Shown: positions 61,801-64,000 of the stretch, one piece after another | Layout of the letters: each line of letters begins with the position of its first letter | How positions within the stretch are numbered: position 1 is the stretch's first letter | NCBI GenBank assembly: GCA_977030845.1 | Contig: OZ365112.1 | Span: 17,174,001-17,238,000 of the forward strand | Reading direction: 5' to 3' | Origin: Fimbriosthenelais zetlandica | Taxonomy: Eukaryota | DNA length: 64,000 bases | Program-made: the position numbers and the translations under genes | Notes under the pieces: model-generated | Told to the model about the DNA's origin: nothing | The model's database searches: none | The model's input: the letters and a program-made list of their open reading frames with translations, nothing else

Positions 61801-64000
61801 GTGTATGGTGGGGATGAGAATTATCCCTGACCTGAGGTATCAATAATGTAAACTTAAGGCAGTGTCTGATGGTAGAGATAAGGTAGATACGTGACGTGAT
61901 TGCCTCCCCCAACACAGACACCGTTTTCTAGCACTTATTGAGTTTGCCCATTTGATGGATGACAGTGGATGGCGTTGATGGCTGTGTGTCCCGCAGGCAG
62001 GCTAACCTGCCGGTACCACTGTGATTGGGCATCTCAGGAGAACATGCACAGTGGAAGATGGAAAATCCTCTGGTTTCTGTTGGAGGAAACATTATTTACA
62101 CACTGTCCCCTAATCCTCATGAGATATGGGACTGGGTATATATAAACTGGCACACAATGATTTTCTTATTGCACAATGGGGATGCCAAATGAACCGGAGC
62201 TTACCCAGTCACCACCTTGCGTGACAAATACCATTGCAATTATTCACCTTATTAAAGAAAGTTTTAAAACTCACCCATTTTTCATACATTTCCTCTGTCA
62301 GATGCCCTGCACCTTCAGCCCGATAGAAAATGTGGCAGACAGACTGCAATCTCTGGAAATAGAAGGTTAAATATTGAACATTATAATCTAGTTTTTATTT
62401 TAAAAAAAGAAGAAGACTTGACCTTTCGGTTTTTGATAACAAAATGGCCATGTCAGCTGTAGCAATGTTATTGGCATATTTCTTTCAGACATTGGTAGAT
62501 AAAAGACATGGGAACGATATGGCATGGGAATTATATGGAAGGGGATGTTGTGGTGGCTGAAGGCAATGCAGGGCCTTGTTTCCTGCTTGGACTGGGGCAT
62601 GAATTTAACGACAACGCTCCACTGGGTGGTGTAGTGGTGGTCGTGGCCGTGGTATTTGTAGTGGTGTAGTTTAGATATCTCTGGTAGTTGCAGGGATGAC
62701 CTTATTCCCAAACAGGCTTTGGGTCATGAATTATCCCTGGAGAACTGCCTCAAAGATCAGGGTTCTGGTCAAAGCCAGGCCTGCGGGTAACAAATAATAG
62801 CCTAGATAAAGTGAGGATATAACCAATCTATGTGACTTGGATGAGAACTGCAATAAACAACTTGGATTATGGATATTATTATATATTTACTTGAATGAGA
62901 TCTAAAAAGAGTGATATCGAACAAAACAGAAAATCTGAATTTCTCGGACGTAATTCTAAAATCATGAAATGCAACGGCATTAAAATATAGAAACATTGGG
63001 AAGCTCCATATAATGTATCATCATATCTAACCGAACATTCGAGATGTTTACTAGAATGTATATGTATCGCCTATTCAGCTTTTTAATCACATTTCAATCT
63101 GGATGATGTTATTGCAAATGACAAGAAGATTCAGAGTAATCGAGAACCTAAAACTTTCAACCGAGCACAATAGCTTAGCTTATCAACGATATATCATCTC
63201 AACTTTTCAATCCAACGAAGAAAGCCAATAAAAAAAATACTGTATAGACAGAAGTTGGGAAGTGTAGTTAGGTTTTCCACAAAGCAAGTTCAGTAAAGCT
63301 GACAGTGATACGCCTTTAATATGTGGGATATTCTGTAAGAGATTAAACCAAGGATGGAAGAGCATGATTATCTAGCCCGCAAAGGCAGGGATCAATAAAG
63401 ACATCAATCAATACTGCTTTTCTCTTGCCGATGGCACCTCAAAGAAAATGTTTCTTTCCTTCTGGTGGAGCTTAAATAGAGTCTTTGAGGTGTGGGCTTG
63501 CTGAGGCTCTGATAGGGACAATAGCCCGTCCATGGTGAACGGTCCCACACTAGCCCCATCAGGCCCACTTATTGATATCTCGTTCCATTGAATCAAATCA
63601 TTTCCACTGTAATTATCTGGAATTTCAGCTAGGCCGGTGGGGAACTGCCTCGCAATATATTTTTCGGTGGGTACGATAAATACTTATATGCCCTGGGTGC
63701 CAGAGACTTTTTTCTTCAAAGTATCAGGGAATGAAAATAGAGGTAAATCCACATTCAGGAAGGATATCAAAAGGAAAAAAGTGATGGGTGGGGGGGGGGG
63801 GTATGTTTGTGAGTAGATAGATGGCGGTGGAGGGCTGGATGGTTTATAAGGGAGGAGGGTTTAGTGTCAACTACTGATCCACTTGGTAATTGAGGTCCTC
63901 TCATGGCAGGCGATTCTCCATTGATGGGAGGCACTGTGGATGAGATTCACCTAGGCTGGCTGGCTCATCTTGGATCCCTCATTTCATCCCGACCTCTGTT

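Overview
AT-rich, intron-rich metazoan genomic DNA, probably a bivalve mollusc (inferred from gene style and content, not proven). I rebuilt six protein-coding genes by hand from splice sites and phases. They are: DUOXA/NIP dual-oxidase maturation factor (-, 8 coding exons); a divergent MIF/D-dopachrome-tautomerase-family gene (+, 3 exons, GC-AG second intron, only partly visible in the ORF track); TMEM245 (-, 18 exons); a single-BIR + RING IAP (-, 5 coding exons); a BTB-BACK-Kelch protein (+, 8 coding exons); and the 3' part of UTP6 (-). The strongest unexplained signals are five: (1) the IAP gene is bracketed by inverted copies of one repeat, compatible with a composite/Pack-type unit or with repeat exaptation in promoters; (2) a hammerhead-ribozyme core between 7-bp direct repeats in TMEM245 intron 1; (3) the MIF-like protein keeps Pro-1 but loses the other canonical active-site residues; (4) distal exons, including a 16-nt microexon, could extend the DUOXA N-terminus in frame; (5) a possible antisense spliced transcript runs into the DUOXA 3' end. 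No CRISPR, rRNA or tRNA was seen. Most short ORFs in the track are intronic or antisense noise. No database search or folding program was run.
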